Positions 42,172-51,949 of a stretch of DNA of 64,000 nt are shown here, one piece after another. The translations under genes and the position numbers were made by a program. The stretch's first letter is position 1. Every line of letters begins with the position of its first letter. This DNA is from Candidatus Hydrogenedens sp. (GTDB taxonomy: Bacteria > Hydrogenedentota > Hydrogenedentia > Hydrogenedentales > Hydrogenedentaceae): assembly GCA_049968235.1 (NCBI GenBank), contig JBMFRC010000001.1, forward strand, positions 160,001 through 224,000. Reading direction: 5' to 3'. The notes under the pieces are model-generated. The model ran no database searches. It saw only the letters and a list, made by a program, of their open reading frames with translations, and was not told the origin of the DNA.

Positions 42172-45100
42172 TTAATTATCCATTTGTATTTCAACAGATA
42201 ATCTGCCTCGGTAGATTGTTTCCGCCCATACCTTAACTATTTCAGGTACAATACGGCCTTCTGACTGTATCCGGGGAGTTTTGTACTTCGGAAGAATCTC
42301 AAAAGAAAAGGTTCCATAAGCAGGACCGGGTTTCTTCCATTCTGCAACTACCAAAAACCACTCATCTTTAATGGCATTCACCTTCACACTCCATCTATTA
42401 TCATCTGCTTTGAGTTCTGGCAGTCCACCTCGTTGCATGTGCAATAAAAAGTTTACTTTGTTCAAAGTACTTTCTTTTGTTGAAGGAATTATTTGTATCT
42501 TTTTTGTACTTTCAATAATATTTTCTTCCTTTTCTGGTTGTGATGCATCATATATTTTTACTACGACTTTATTTCTCGGTTTATACAGGAACAACTTTCC
42601 GGGTTCAATTTTTATTTTATTTTTTCCTTCCATGGCATATACCCAGACCTTACCTCCTTCATCCTGATGAAATTCGGGGACAACTGCAATGGCAAATTTA
42701 GGGGAGATGATTCGAACAGAAGGTGAGATAAGTGTTCCGAATACAAATTGAGTATCATTTGTAAAATTTCTTCCCTGAATAAAAACGACATTACCCCCTT
42801 CTGCAAATGCTTCGGAAGGTTCAATTCGTGTGATAATCTGCTTCCCCAGAACAGGAACAGGAGAAACATCTGCACCATCCCAAATACCATCTCCATCACT
42901 ATCATTACATGTTGGGTCAGTTTCATTTTCATCCCATATTCCATTGCGATTTCGGTCTTCATTTCCGTCTGGAATACCGTCTCCATCACTATCTTGTACA
43001 TAAAGATTTGTTTCTCCTTCATCTACTATCCCGTTTCGGTTGCGGTCTTCTACAATATCAAATAAGCCATCTCCATCCGTATCTTCGATGCCCATTTCTG
43101 AATAGGTCAATCCCTGAAATAAATTTATTGCAAAAGATTTATTATCATTATTAGGTAGATTTATAGAACTCAATGGTGTTCGTGCTGATAGAATTACAAT
43201 TTTCCCATACCCGTAATTCCTTGAAAGACAAGCGACCTGTTTCGCCGTTGATACGGAATCTTTGTTTGGCGGTGGAAAAGCATAATTTGCTGAGGAAATA
43301 GACTTCAATGTTCCACCTCCGATAATAGAAAATTCTTTCCCTTCAAAGTCCGGAATATTGGCTATTTCGACAGGCAATTTCCCATCAAACCTTTGTTTCG
43401 GATTATAGGATACACCCAGAGGCGTAAGCCAATAATTAAATAAATCAGAGTCGCCCTCAGGATAATAGTCCCCCAAGATAAGAAGTCTTCCTCCCTGAAA
43501 AACATAATCCAGTAAATCTTTAATATTAATCATTCCACTTGCAATTGCTTTCGCTTCAATAATTACAATCCCATAATTTGTAAGCACATCTTTCTCTATA
43601 GGCTCGGAAATTTCTTCACACGAAAAAAAGTAAGGGGCACCGGACAATATTTCTACCAGAAGTTTTATTTCACGCGGGTCTTTATGGCTACGAAATGATT
43701 CTGGAATGGATTGAGCCCATACAAACAAAATTCTACGAAGATTTATACTGTTTCTAACTACATGAACCCGTACATAATGGTTTGAAGAAACAGAAAAATT
43801 ATTATTTACAAGTTCCTGATTTACAATGGGCTTAATATTAAGCCATACAGAAGGAATATATTTGGACCAGGAATAAGGTATCAGCCCCAAATAGAGGTAG
43901 GTATTGTCAAAATAATTATTTCGATACCATAATAGCCAATCCACGGGATTGTTAATATATGTAATTTCCCAATCAATAATTGCGGGGTGTTGTTTGCCTA
44001 ACAAAATTCCACGGACATCCTTTCCGGCACGCTCACTTTGAAAGTATAATTCATCGATAACAATTCCATTTTCAGTTTCATCAGTAGGAAGAGAAGGATT
44101 CTTCGGGGCAAGTGGAAAAAGATATTTAATGAAGCCTGTGTTTGTAAGTAGCCATTCTTTCTTGCTTTTATCATTGACATTTATTTGTATCAGTCTCCCC
44201 CCCATTCCCACATTAAGCGTTGTATCAGATAACCAGTTTAAATAAGTAATTGGCTCTTCAAATTTGTCCACCCATGATATATCAAAAGGTTCTCCTACAA
44301 TCTCCAGGCGGTTATTATATGCTACCGCAACAATTTTTTGTGATGGGTTAACAGATATTTGCCATGAATCCTCAATACCACTAAAAGAATATTCTAATTT
44401 TTTTTCCCATCCTCCGATAGGTTCCCACTTTGCAAAGGTTAAATAACCAAATCCCTCTGAAAAAGATGTTGTCTTTATCCAAAAACCATCTATCGCAGGG
44501 TATATATTTTTCTCCTGAATGTTTCCTTCTCCATATAGGGTCAGTGGCTCATTAAGTTTAACCCCATTTTTTGTATCAAACATAGATATTTCACTCTTAT
44601 TTCCCCGTGAACTTCCATTATCCCAACAACTCGTCATTACTATAAAAAAGGAATCCTGTATCGGGAATATTTCCTGAACCGAACATTCTTCTAAAAATAC
44701 ATCTGACAAAAAGGGACGACTCATTTTTAAGTATCCATCAACGATATAAAATTGAGGAGTTCCCCAAAAGTTGGATTTTTCTATTACCCACATCCCCTTT
44801 TCATTAAAAGGACTAACTATATCCGGGGCAAAAGGTATCGGAATCTCACTTTTTGGTGTTTGTATAAAACGATTATCATCCAGAACAAAGAGCAATACTC
44901 TCCCTAATGATATATTCCCGCTCTCATTTTTCTGAAATATTGCATACTGTCTTAAACTGTTTATCGGCTCTGTATAAGGATATACTTGCATTACTTCCCA
45001 ATTCGGTCCTGTAACAAAAAATCGAACATCCTTAATTCTACCTGAACTATCAATAAGGGTATAGTAAATACCGTCTTCCTGCAAAGAATCTTCCTTTTCC

Positions 45101-45372
45101 GAAAAGGAATAAGTAAATAATTCTACAAGTTCGTTCTCGTGATTGTTTAATGGGAATACATCTATAATTTTTTTACCGGGAAGAATTTGTAGGAAGGAAT
45201 TCCACTCTTTTTGAGTTCCATCAAAATAAAATGCTTCCCCACATACACGCACTGTCTCGTTATTACTTGTTTGGGTCGTTGTAAGCAAAAAAATATTTTC
45301 TGCCCAAACAATTATTGGTAAAAAGAAAACAATTTTTATTAAAATTATCCTAGAAAGTCTATTAATATACAT
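42172..45372 (-). CDS. Large secreted protein (1066 aa) with thrombospondin type-3 Ca-binding repeats and an IPT/TIG domain
   Basis: Signal peptide. The TSP3 repeats are DTDGDGLFDIVEDRNRNGIVDEGE, DSDGDGIPDGNEDRNRNGIWDENE and DSDGDGIWDGAD. They are followed by an IPT-like segment ITRIEPSEAFAEGGNVVFIQGRNFTNDTQFVFG. Confidence 0.7.
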   Translation of the reverse strand: MYINRLSRIILIKIVFFLPIIVWAENIFLLTTTQTSNNETVRVCGEAFYFDGTQKEWNSFLQILPGKKIIDVFPLNNHENELVELFTYSFSEKEDSLQEDGIYYTLIDSSGRIKDVRFFVTGPNWEVMQVYPYTEPINSLRQYAIFQKNESGNISLGRVLLFVLDDNRFIQTPKSEIPIPFAPDIVSPFNEKGMWVIEKSNFWGTPQFYIVDGYLKMSRPFLSDVFLEECSVQEIFPIQDSFFIVMTSCWDNGSSRGNKSEISMFDTKNGVKLNEPLTLYGEGNIQEKNIYPAIDGFWIKTTSFSEGFGYLTFAKWEPIGGWEKKLEYSFSGIEDSWQISVNPSQKIVAVAYNNRLEIVGEPFDISWVDKFEEPITYLNWLSDTTLNVGMGGRLIQINVNDKSKKEWLLTNTGFIKYLFPLAPKNPSLPTDETENGIVIDELYFQSERAGKDVRGILLGKQHPAIIDWEITYINNPVDWLLWYRNNYFDNTYLYLGLIPYSWSKYIPSVWLNIKPIVNQELVNNNFSVSSNHYVRVHVVRNSINLRRILFVWAQSIPESFRSHKDPREIKLLVEILSGAPYFFSCEEISEPIEKDVLTNYGIVIIEAKAIASGMINIKDLLDYVFQGGRLLILGDYYPEGDSDLFNYWLTPLGVSYNPKQRFDGKLPVEIANIPDFEGKEFSIIGGGTLKSISSANYAFPPPNKDSVSTAKQVACLSRNYGYGKIVILSARTPLSSINLPNNDNKSFAINLFQGLTYSEMGIEDTDGDGLFDIVEDRNRNGIVDEGETNLYVQDSDGDGIPDGNEDRNRNGIWDENETDPTCNDSDGDGIWDGADVSPVPVLGKQIITRIEPSEAFAEGGNVVFIQGRNFTNDTQFVFGTLISPSVRIISPKFAIAVVPEFHQDEGGKVWVYAMEGKNKIKIEPGKLFLYKPRNKVVVKIYDASQPEKEENIIESTKKIQIIPSTKESTLNKVNFLLHMQRGGLPELKADDNRWSVKVNAIKDEWFLVVAEWKKPGPAYGTFSFEILPKYKTPRIQSEGRIVPEIVKVWAETIYRGRLSVEIQMDN

Positions 45373-45437
45373 ATTTATCTTTTCTTATTATTTCAATAAA
45401 TATAAACGCTTTATATATACAGAATAAAACCAATTTT

Positions 45438-45917
45438 ATGGAACATATACCCGCATATCCCAACTGGGAACATTTGAAAGAATTACTGGAAGAATGTTCT
45501 ACCTCAGACAATATTTCTATATCAGAATCGAAAACTGAGAAAAAAATTACTTTTTCAGAGAATAATTTTTCTGCCCCCAATTGTAAAGAAGAAACAGAAC
45601 CCAGTAATGATATAACAGAAATTATAAATAAAATAAAGAAACTGGAGGAAACCGTTAAAGAACAGAATCAGATTATACGGGTAAAAAATGCATATATTAA
45701 TGTATTAGAACAAAAGTTAAAAAAATTAAAAGAAAAACAGATTTCGGTGGAAGATACCACAAGTATTTCTATTACGGACAACCTTCCTCCCGATATTGAC
45801 TTAGATGATGAAATTGAAGTAAAAAATCCTATTGAGAAAATTGCAGATTTGCATCATTATTTACAAGAGATACACAAACAGATCCGTCTCTTAAAAAAGC
45901 GCACGGAGAATCAATAG
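45438..45917 (+). CDS. Hypothetical coiled-coil protein (159 aa). It is K/E-rich and AT-rich.
   Basis: This is the only ORF in the gap. It has heptad-like K/E/L patterns. Confidence 0.4.
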   Translation: MEHIPAYPNWEHLKELLEECSTSDNISISESKTEKKITFSENNFSAPNCKEETEPSNDITEIINKIKKLEETVKEQNQIIRVKNAYINVLEQKLKKLKEKQISVEDTTSISITDNLPPDIDLDDEIEVKNPIEKIADLHHYLQEIHKQIRLLKKRTENQ

Positions 45918-46062
45918 GTTTATAAAATAGATTTAATTCTCCGTAAGAGATAACGAGAAAACTGTTAAAATGTTCCATAATTTATTTTCTATAATATTTT
46001 GTGATTGAATAAAACAAATTAGTTGTCTTTTTATCCTCGAAAAACTCGTCTGATTATATTTT

Positions 46063-47796
46063 ATGATTCCACAGGTCATTATTATTTACCAGCAAAAAGA
46101 GTGGCACTTTGAAAAGCCATTAGAAGTGATAGTTGCTTCTCGTATAGAGGAGATAGTGCCTTCCTTACGAAATGTTCAACAGAGGGTTGAACAGGGTAAA
46201 TATGCTGTAGGATGGGTTACATACGAATCAGGACCCGCTTTTGATAGTGCTTTTCCACAACAAAAACTATCTATTCCGGACTTGCCATTTGTTTGGTTTG
46301 GGATATTCGATGAACCGACTCAGCATCTACTTTCTCCTTGTCGTAATAAAGTGGAGAAACCTCCTATAGAATGGCAACCTCAGGTATCTAAGGAAGAATA
46401 TAAAAAAGTTATTGAGGATATTCATAAAAACATTTCTTACGGGAATGTGTATCAGGTAAATTACACATTTTCTTTCCATAGTAATTGGAATAATAATCTT
46501 ATCTCCCTTTTTTACCATTTATGTTTCGCACAGGGAGAAGGATATTTTGTCTACATACAAACAGATAATTATACGATTCTTTCCATATCTCCCGAATTAT
46601 TTTTTCATTATAAAAACGGGAAAATAACGCTAAAACCGATGAAAGGCACCCGTCCTCGTGGTAGATGGAATATAGAAAATAAGAACAATTTCTATGAACT
46701 ACAAAACGACCCCAAAGACCGTGCAGAAAATCTCATGATTGTGGATTTACTAAGGAATGATGTAGGAAAGATAGCCAATTTGGGGAGTGTTGAGGTGCCG
46801 GAATTATTTACTTGCGAACCTTATCGTACTGTCTGGCAGATGACTTCTACTATAAAGGCAAAAACAGATAAAAGTTGGGTAGATGTGATTCAAGCACTTT
46901 TCCCTTCAGGTTCGGTTACAGGTGCTCCAAAAATATATGCGATGAAACTCATCCAGCAATATGAACCATTTCCTCGTGGAATATATTGTGGAACTGTTGG
47001 ATGGATAACACCCCAAAATGAAGCGGTCTTTAATGTCGCTATACGGACTTTATTGTATCATCATAAGTCACAAACTGCTCGTTATTATGTTGGGAGTGGT
47101 ATTGTGTGGGACTCCGACCCAGACAAGGAATGGGAAGAATGTATTACTAAAGGGGCTATACTTAATAAGTTTCCGTCATATTTTGAACTCATTGAAACCA
47201 TGCGGGTCGAGAATGGAGAAATATTCCTGTTAGATTATCATCTCCGTAGACTCCAGGAAAGTGCCGACCGTTTTCTATTTCCTGTTTCTATCCCTCAACT
47301 AAAAGAAAAACTGCTTAATTATGTAAATACAGTAACTGACACTTTGTATCGAATGAAATTATCCATTTCGCCTGATGGCAAATTTTTTATTGAACACAAT
47401 TCTTCCATAGGTCCTGTAAAATTACGAGTAGGTCTGGCAAAAAATCCAATAAATTCGCAAAATTTGTTCCTATACCACAAAACCAGTTATCGCACAATAT
47501 ATGAGCAGGCACGGCAGGAACGACTGGACTGTGATGATGTCCTGTTATGGAATGAAAAAAGATATGTTACAGAGAGTACAATTGCCAATATTATTGTGCA
47601 ATTCGGTGACAGGATGTTCACACCGCCGATACATTGTGGATTATTGCCCGGAACCTTCCGTCAATATTTACTGGACACTCATCAAATAGAGGAACGGGAA
47701 ATATCTATAGAGGAACTGTATAAAGCGGATGCGATGTATCTGGTTAACTCAGTTCGTAAATGGATAGAAATTGTATTAGTAGAGACAAAATTATGA
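46063..47796 (+). CDS. pabBC: Aminodeoxychorismate synthase component I fused to aminodeoxychorismate lyase (PabB-PabC fusion)
   Basis: Chorismate-utilising motifs ADRENLMIVDLLRNDVGKI, GSVTGAPKIYAM and PRGIYCGTVGWI. A C-terminal domain of about 200 aa looks like a class IV aminotransferase or ADC lyase. Confidence 0.65.
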   Translation: MIPQVIIIYQQKEWHFEKPLEVIVASRIEEIVPSLRNVQQRVEQGKYAVGWVTYESGPAFDSAFPQQKLSIPDLPFVWFGIFDEPTQHLLSPCRNKVEKPPIEWQPQVSKEEYKKVIEDIHKNISYGNVYQVNYTFSFHSNWNNNLISLFYHLCFAQGEGYFVYIQTDNYTILSISPELFFHYKNGKITLKPMKGTRPRGRWNIENKNNFYELQNDPKDRAENLMIVDLLRNDVGKIANLGSVEVPELFTCEPYRTVWQMTSTIKAKTDKSWVDVIQALFPSGSVTGAPKIYAMKLIQQYEPFPRGIYCGTVGWITPQNEAVFNVAIRTLLYHHKSQTARYYVGSGIVWDSDPDKEWEECITKGAILNKFPSYFELIETMRVENGEIFLLDYHLRRLQESADRFLFPVSIPQLKEKLLNYVNTVTDTLYRMKLSISPDGKFFIEHNSSIGPVKLRVGLAKNPINSQNLFLYHKTSYRTIYEQARQERLDCDDVLLWNEKRYVTESTIANIIVQFGDRMFTPPIHCGLLPGTFRQYLLDTHQIEEREISIEELYKADAMYLVNSVRKWIEIVLVETKL

Positions 47797-47933
47797 TAAA
47801 ATAAGTATTTATATTTAATCCTGTTATAATTGTAAAAAAATTGTAGTTATGAGAAACAAGAAGTTTAAATTCATTTGCTATATTTGATAAAGTATTAGCA
47901 AGTAGGAAAAACTGAATATAAAGGGAATGACTT

Positions 47934-48530
47934 ATGGCGCTGAGCAAGAAACAGCAGAAAATTGTTGATGTGTTAAATAAAAGAGTGGAGTTATGCCGGG
48001 AATTTTTAAATGACTGGCTTTTATTTAATCAATTAATTAATGCATATCCGAGTCCGGGGGCAAATAAAGCTCAGTTGGAAAACCAATTTTTAAAGATAAA
48101 AAGTAAGATAGCCCGCACTCATAAAGTATTAAAAGAGATGCTGATGGAAGACTATCAAATCGATGCCAATCTGATGAATATCGTTTCTGCATCTACCAGT
48201 CTGGAAGCGATTTATAGCCAGTCGGAAGTTTCCGTAAAAAAGATGCAACAGGAGTGGCATCGTGCATTTATAAGTATTAATGAAACTTTAGGTCTGCTGG
48301 AAGATAAAAAAGCCCGTGCAGAAGCCGGTGAAAAGGTAAATGTAATGATGATGGGCGAAGGTGGACTTATCGGCGGTGGCGGTGGTGGTCTTTCGGATAA
48401 TCAGAAGACATTTCTAATTATTGCTGCGGTAATTGCAGGACTTGTTGCGGTTTATTTTATTGACCCATTTGGAATTGCTACTCTCTGGTTAAATTCGCTG
48501 AAGAGTCTTGCGGGTGTTCCTATTCAATAA
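47934..48530 (+). CDS. Hypothetical tail-anchored protein. It has a soluble N-domain, a poly-Gly stretch and a C-terminal TM helix.
   Basis: 198 aa. The poly-Gly stretch is GEGGLIGGGGGGLSDNQ and the TM helix is FLIIAAVIAGLVAVYFI. Confidence 0.5.
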   Translation: MALSKKQQKIVDVLNKRVELCREFLNDWLLFNQLINAYPSPGANKAQLENQFLKIKSKIARTHKVLKEMLMEDYQIDANLMNIVSASTSLEAIYSQSEVSVKKMQQEWHRAFISINETLGLLEDKKARAEAGEKVNVMMMGEGGLIGGGGGGLSDNQKTFLIIAAVIAGLVAVYFIDPFGIATLWLNSLKSLAGVPIQ

Positions 48531-48615
48531 GTTTTAATATCAAACCTAAAAAATTCCGCCCTTCTTTTATGAAATTTTGTTTTTTTTGTCCAAAATGTAT
48601 ATGCTCTTCCCGTTT

Positions 48616-48624
48616 TGATAGAAT
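48616..48624 (+). promoter_or_regulatory. Candidate extended -10 element (TGaTAGAAT) upstream of tatC
   Basis: TGnTAGAAT at 48616-48624, about 60 nt upstream of the tatC ORF. The -35 is weak. Confidence 0.25.
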
Positions 48625-48686
48625 AGATTTAAGTTTGTGTTATGAAATAACCAATAAAAAATTTCGATAAATTTTTATCATCCATT

Positions 48687-49541
48687 GTGATGCGAAAGGA
48701 TGGTCTGCCCGTGTGGGAAGATGAAAAGAAAATGACATTTACGGAACATCTGGCGGAATTGAGAATACGGATCATCCGTTCAGGGGTAGCAGTAATTATT
48801 GCTATGGTCGTGTGTTATATCTTCTCTAACACTATTTTAGAGGGATTACAAAAGCCACTGACTTTACTAAAAGATTTAGGAATAGTTATTTTTGCTGATA
48901 ACGAAACAAAAAACCATACGGAAAATCCCACAGGAAAGGTAGAAAATAATACAGAGAACAAAGGCAGTTCTGATGAAATAAAGATGGTTGTATTAAACCC
49001 CTTTGAAATTGTGATATTAAAAATTAAAGTTGCAGGTTATGGAGGGTTAATACTGGCTTTACCCTATATAATATGGCAGGCATGTGCTTTTGTTTTTCCG
49101 GGACTAAAACCAAATGAGAGAAAACTGGTAAAAATTATACTATTTGGTTGCAGTTCTCTGGGTATTATTGGCGTTGTTGTTGCGTATTTTGGTGTAATAC
49201 CTCTCGTTATTCCTTATCTGTTGCAATGGATACCTCCAGGTTGGGATATCCAGTTACGGGCAAATGAAACCCTCTCTATAATCGTTTTACTGCTCTTTGG
49301 CTTTGCCCTTGCTTTTCAATTCCCTATGGTAATATTAGCATTAGTATATCTCGATTTGTTAAATCCAGACACTTTACGGAAACTACGTAAATATGTTATT
49401 GTTGGTTTAAGTATAGTATCTGCTATATTAACTCCGCCTGACCCCATCTCTATGATAATAATGTTGGTACCCCTTGTGGTTCTATATGAAATCAGTATCT
49501 GGGCATCATATTTAATCCGTAAAACACCACAAACCACATAA
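48687..49541 (+). CDS. tatC: Sec-independent protein translocase TatC
   Basis: N-terminus MTFTEHLAELRIRII (the likely true start is at about 48732). It has six TM helices. An unusual insertion of about 40 aa that is Asn/Thr/Glu-rich lies between TM1 and TM2. Confidence 0.85.
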   Translation: MMRKDGLPVWEDEKKMTFTEHLAELRIRIIRSGVAVIIAMVVCYIFSNTILEGLQKPLTLLKDLGIVIFADNETKNHTENPTGKVENNTENKGSSDEIKMVVLNPFEIVILKIKVAGYGGLILALPYIIWQACAFVFPGLKPNERKLVKIILFGCSSLGIIGVVVAYFGVIPLVIPYLLQWIPPGWDIQLRANETLSIIVLLLFGFALAFQFPMVILALVYLDLLNPDTLRKLRKYVIVGLSIVSAILTPPDPISMIIMLVPLVVLYEISIWASYLIRKTPQTT

Positions 49542-49558
49542 CAAAAGGAGCATTCCTG

Positions 49559-50116
49559 ATGGTAGGCATTGGTTTTACAGAAATGATAATCATTGCAGGG
49601 ATTGCTCTGGTTGTTCTTGGACCGGAAAAATTTCCAGAGTTCGCAAAGATTGCTATTCGTGCTATCCGTGATATACGGGGTTACTTTGAAGAAATAAAGA
49701 CAGAGATTGCCAAAGAGGTAAAACCTTTAGAGAAAGAATTGAATGAGTTAACCAAAAAGAGTAATGAACTATATCGTGAAATACTTACAGAAACCGACCC
49801 ATCTTATACCTCTAAAGGATATACACCGTCAACGAATTATATGGAACATTCTTATCATACGGATATAGAAAAGAAGGAAGAAAAACAGGACAACATTACT
49901 TCGGAAGGGGTATCTGAAGATACAATAGGTGCAGAAAGTGACACTACTAATAATCATGAAATAGAAGAGCCTTATGACCCGGATATCCCACAGGCTGATT
50001 TACAAGAAAAAAGACGGATAACTCCTCATAATGATGAAGAATTTCATGAGACACATGAAAAAGACGATATTAATAACGGGAGTGATATTCAATTCCCCGA
50101 ACGATTAGACGGCTAA
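49559..50116 (+). CDS. tatA: TatA/TatB family translocase component (TatB-like, with a long acidic tail)
   Basis: N-terminal MVGIGFTEMIIIAGIALVVLGPEKFPEFAK followed by an amphipathic helix. The C-terminus is acidic, about 100 aa. Confidence 0.8.
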   Translation: MVGIGFTEMIIIAGIALVVLGPEKFPEFAKIAIRAIRDIRGYFEEIKTEIAKEVKPLEKELNELTKKSNELYREILTETDPSYTSKGYTPSTNYMEHSYHTDIEKKEEKQDNITSEGVSEDTIGAESDTTNNHEIEEPYDPDIPQADLQEKRRITPHNDEEFHETHEKDDINNGSDIQFPERLDG

Positions 50117-50168
50117 AACATTACTACTGGACTCAATAATGGGGGTATTTTCGAATTTTTATTTTTCC

Positions 50169-50669
50169 TTAATCTCTTTTCCGACTTCGGCTTTGACGAA
50201 TAGCATTTGCCTTATAGAACATGGCTGGCTCAATTATCGGGTCATGCAACCCTTCCGTTTCAATTCCACCAAAACAAACCCGCCCACGATAAGTGCGATT
50301 GGAAAGGATAATGGATATTGCCTGTCGAGACCATTTCTTCCCTTGACGGGTAAAAATCCCTTTAGAGTGCAGATAATCTACAACCCTGCCCGTGCTACGC
50401 GTCCGTATATATTCTCGGAAAATCATGCGAACAATTTCTGCTTCATAATCATCAACAACTAAAGGTTTTTCTCCTTCTTCACCACGGCGATAACCATACG
50501 GAGCCGGACCGGTTCCATATCTTCCCTGTTGAACGGAAGCAATTTGTCCACGACGCACCCGCTCTCCATGAGTTAAAAGATTTTTTACTGATGATTCCGG
50601 TTCTTTTATGGAAACTATCTCCGTAATGCTTCCTTTATGTTTCATTTCCTCTTTGCGCAACTTACTCAT
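50169..50669 (-). pseudogene. Internal fragment of a large serine recombinase (Recombinase domain only)
   Basis: GPAPYGYRR...LVVDDYEAEIVRMIFREYI...VDYLHSKGIFTRQGKKWSRQAISIILSNRTYRGRV...HDPIIEPAMF matches the linker plus PF07508 region of large serine recombinases. The N-terminal resolvase catalytic domain is absent. A stop lies 4 codons upstream of the Met and only 176 bp of intergenic DNA follow. The C-terminal zinc-ribbon and coiled-coil region is also absent. Confidence 0.65.
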
Positions 50670-50845
50670 ATTTCCGTCCTATTCCTACTTATTTTTATTA
50701 TGTATGCCAACTATTTATTATCCTTTATGCCCAAATTTATAATTTCGATTTGTAATCTTATGTATATAGTTTATAACATTTTTACATAAATGTCAAGAAA
50801 AAATCCAGTTTAATTCCTAATTTTATTAGAAAAAATTTCACTTGT

Positions 50846-51874
50846 TTGGTTTCAAAAATGATTGCAAAATATTTCAATCTTATAAGTCAGGTAATACATA
50901 GTGCTGTTATACTACTTTGCTCTTATATTGTTGCAGTGTACATTGAACCTATCATTTATATAATAGGTTATCTGCCTATCGAAACAGGAAAAATATTCTG
51001 GGTGTATTTTTCAATAATATCTGTCTTTTGCCTTATCCAGATATTATTTCGTGGACTATTACAACTGCTATTTTCTGCACCAATGATAACAACATCCTTT
51101 GTGGATATCCTATCTTTTTCCCCCTGCCTCATTCTGATTGGAGATATGAGCGGATACTTCTCTGAAATTCCGTATATACCCGAACGGATTGCTCCTCTTT
51201 TTTATTTGTGTATTTTTACTGCATTGCATCTCTTTTTGAAGTTAATAACTTTATTTACATCCATATATGGTAAAGCCGATTCCCGCTGGTATTCATTGGG
51301 TTGGTTTCTTATTGTCTTTTTACTTACATATACATCATTGGTAGGATTTATACAATGGAAGTATAGTCTTATACAACATCGTTTTTTCCAGGTTAAAACA
51401 TCGGTTGTGATTTCAGATAACACTGGCAAGATAACAACTACAGAAGTTCCCGAAGGAAGTTTTTTAATACAACCAACTTCAGTTTCAAGCAAAGATAATT
51501 GTCAATGGTTTATCCGTGCGGGAAATAAATTTTTATCCACAGCGAATATTTACCTGTATATTATATTTCTCGACAATCGATTGTCCCCGTGTATTCTCCC
51601 CTTACAGGTTTTGCGGGATACATGGATAGAAATATGTATAGATGATTGCCTCCCTGAATACAGGTCAAATTTCATTATTTCCTGGTCAAGTTATCGATTG
51701 CCTGTTTTTATTGTTCGGCATGGATTAACACCTCAATTTTCATTGAAATCATTAGAAGAGGCTCGTAATTTTTTATTTTCCTCACAGAAAACCGAAAAAG
51801 CGATATATAAATCTATTTACATCGATGGACCTTATTGCCCAAGAGAAGTAACTGGTGAAGTTACAATTAAATAA
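50846..51874 (+). CDS. Hypothetical polytopic membrane protein with a C-terminal soluble domain. The gene is AT-rich.
   Basis: About 6 TM helices followed by a Cys-containing C-terminal domain of about 170 aa. GC is about 30% in my sample. The track start is a TTG; the likely ATG is at 50858. Confidence 0.5.
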   Translation: MVSKMIAKYFNLISQVIHSAVILLCSYIVAVYIEPIIYIIGYLPIETGKIFWVYFSIISVFCLIQILFRGLLQLLFSAPMITTSFVDILSFSPCLILIGDMSGYFSEIPYIPERIAPLFYLCIFTALHLFLKLITLFTSIYGKADSRWYSLGWFLIVFLLTYTSLVGFIQWKYSLIQHRFFQVKTSVVISDNTGKITTTEVPEGSFLIQPTSVSSKDNCQWFIRAGNKFLSTANIYLYIIFLDNRLSPCILPLQVLRDTWIEICIDDCLPEYRSNFIISWSSYRLPVFIVRHGLTPQFSLKSLEEARNFLFSSQKTEKAIYKSIYIDGPYCPREVTGEVTIK

Positions 51875-51949
51875 GGTAAGAATTTATTCTAAAAAATTCA
51901 TTATAATTAAAGCACAGCACACATATAATTATAGAATTAGGTAATAGAT

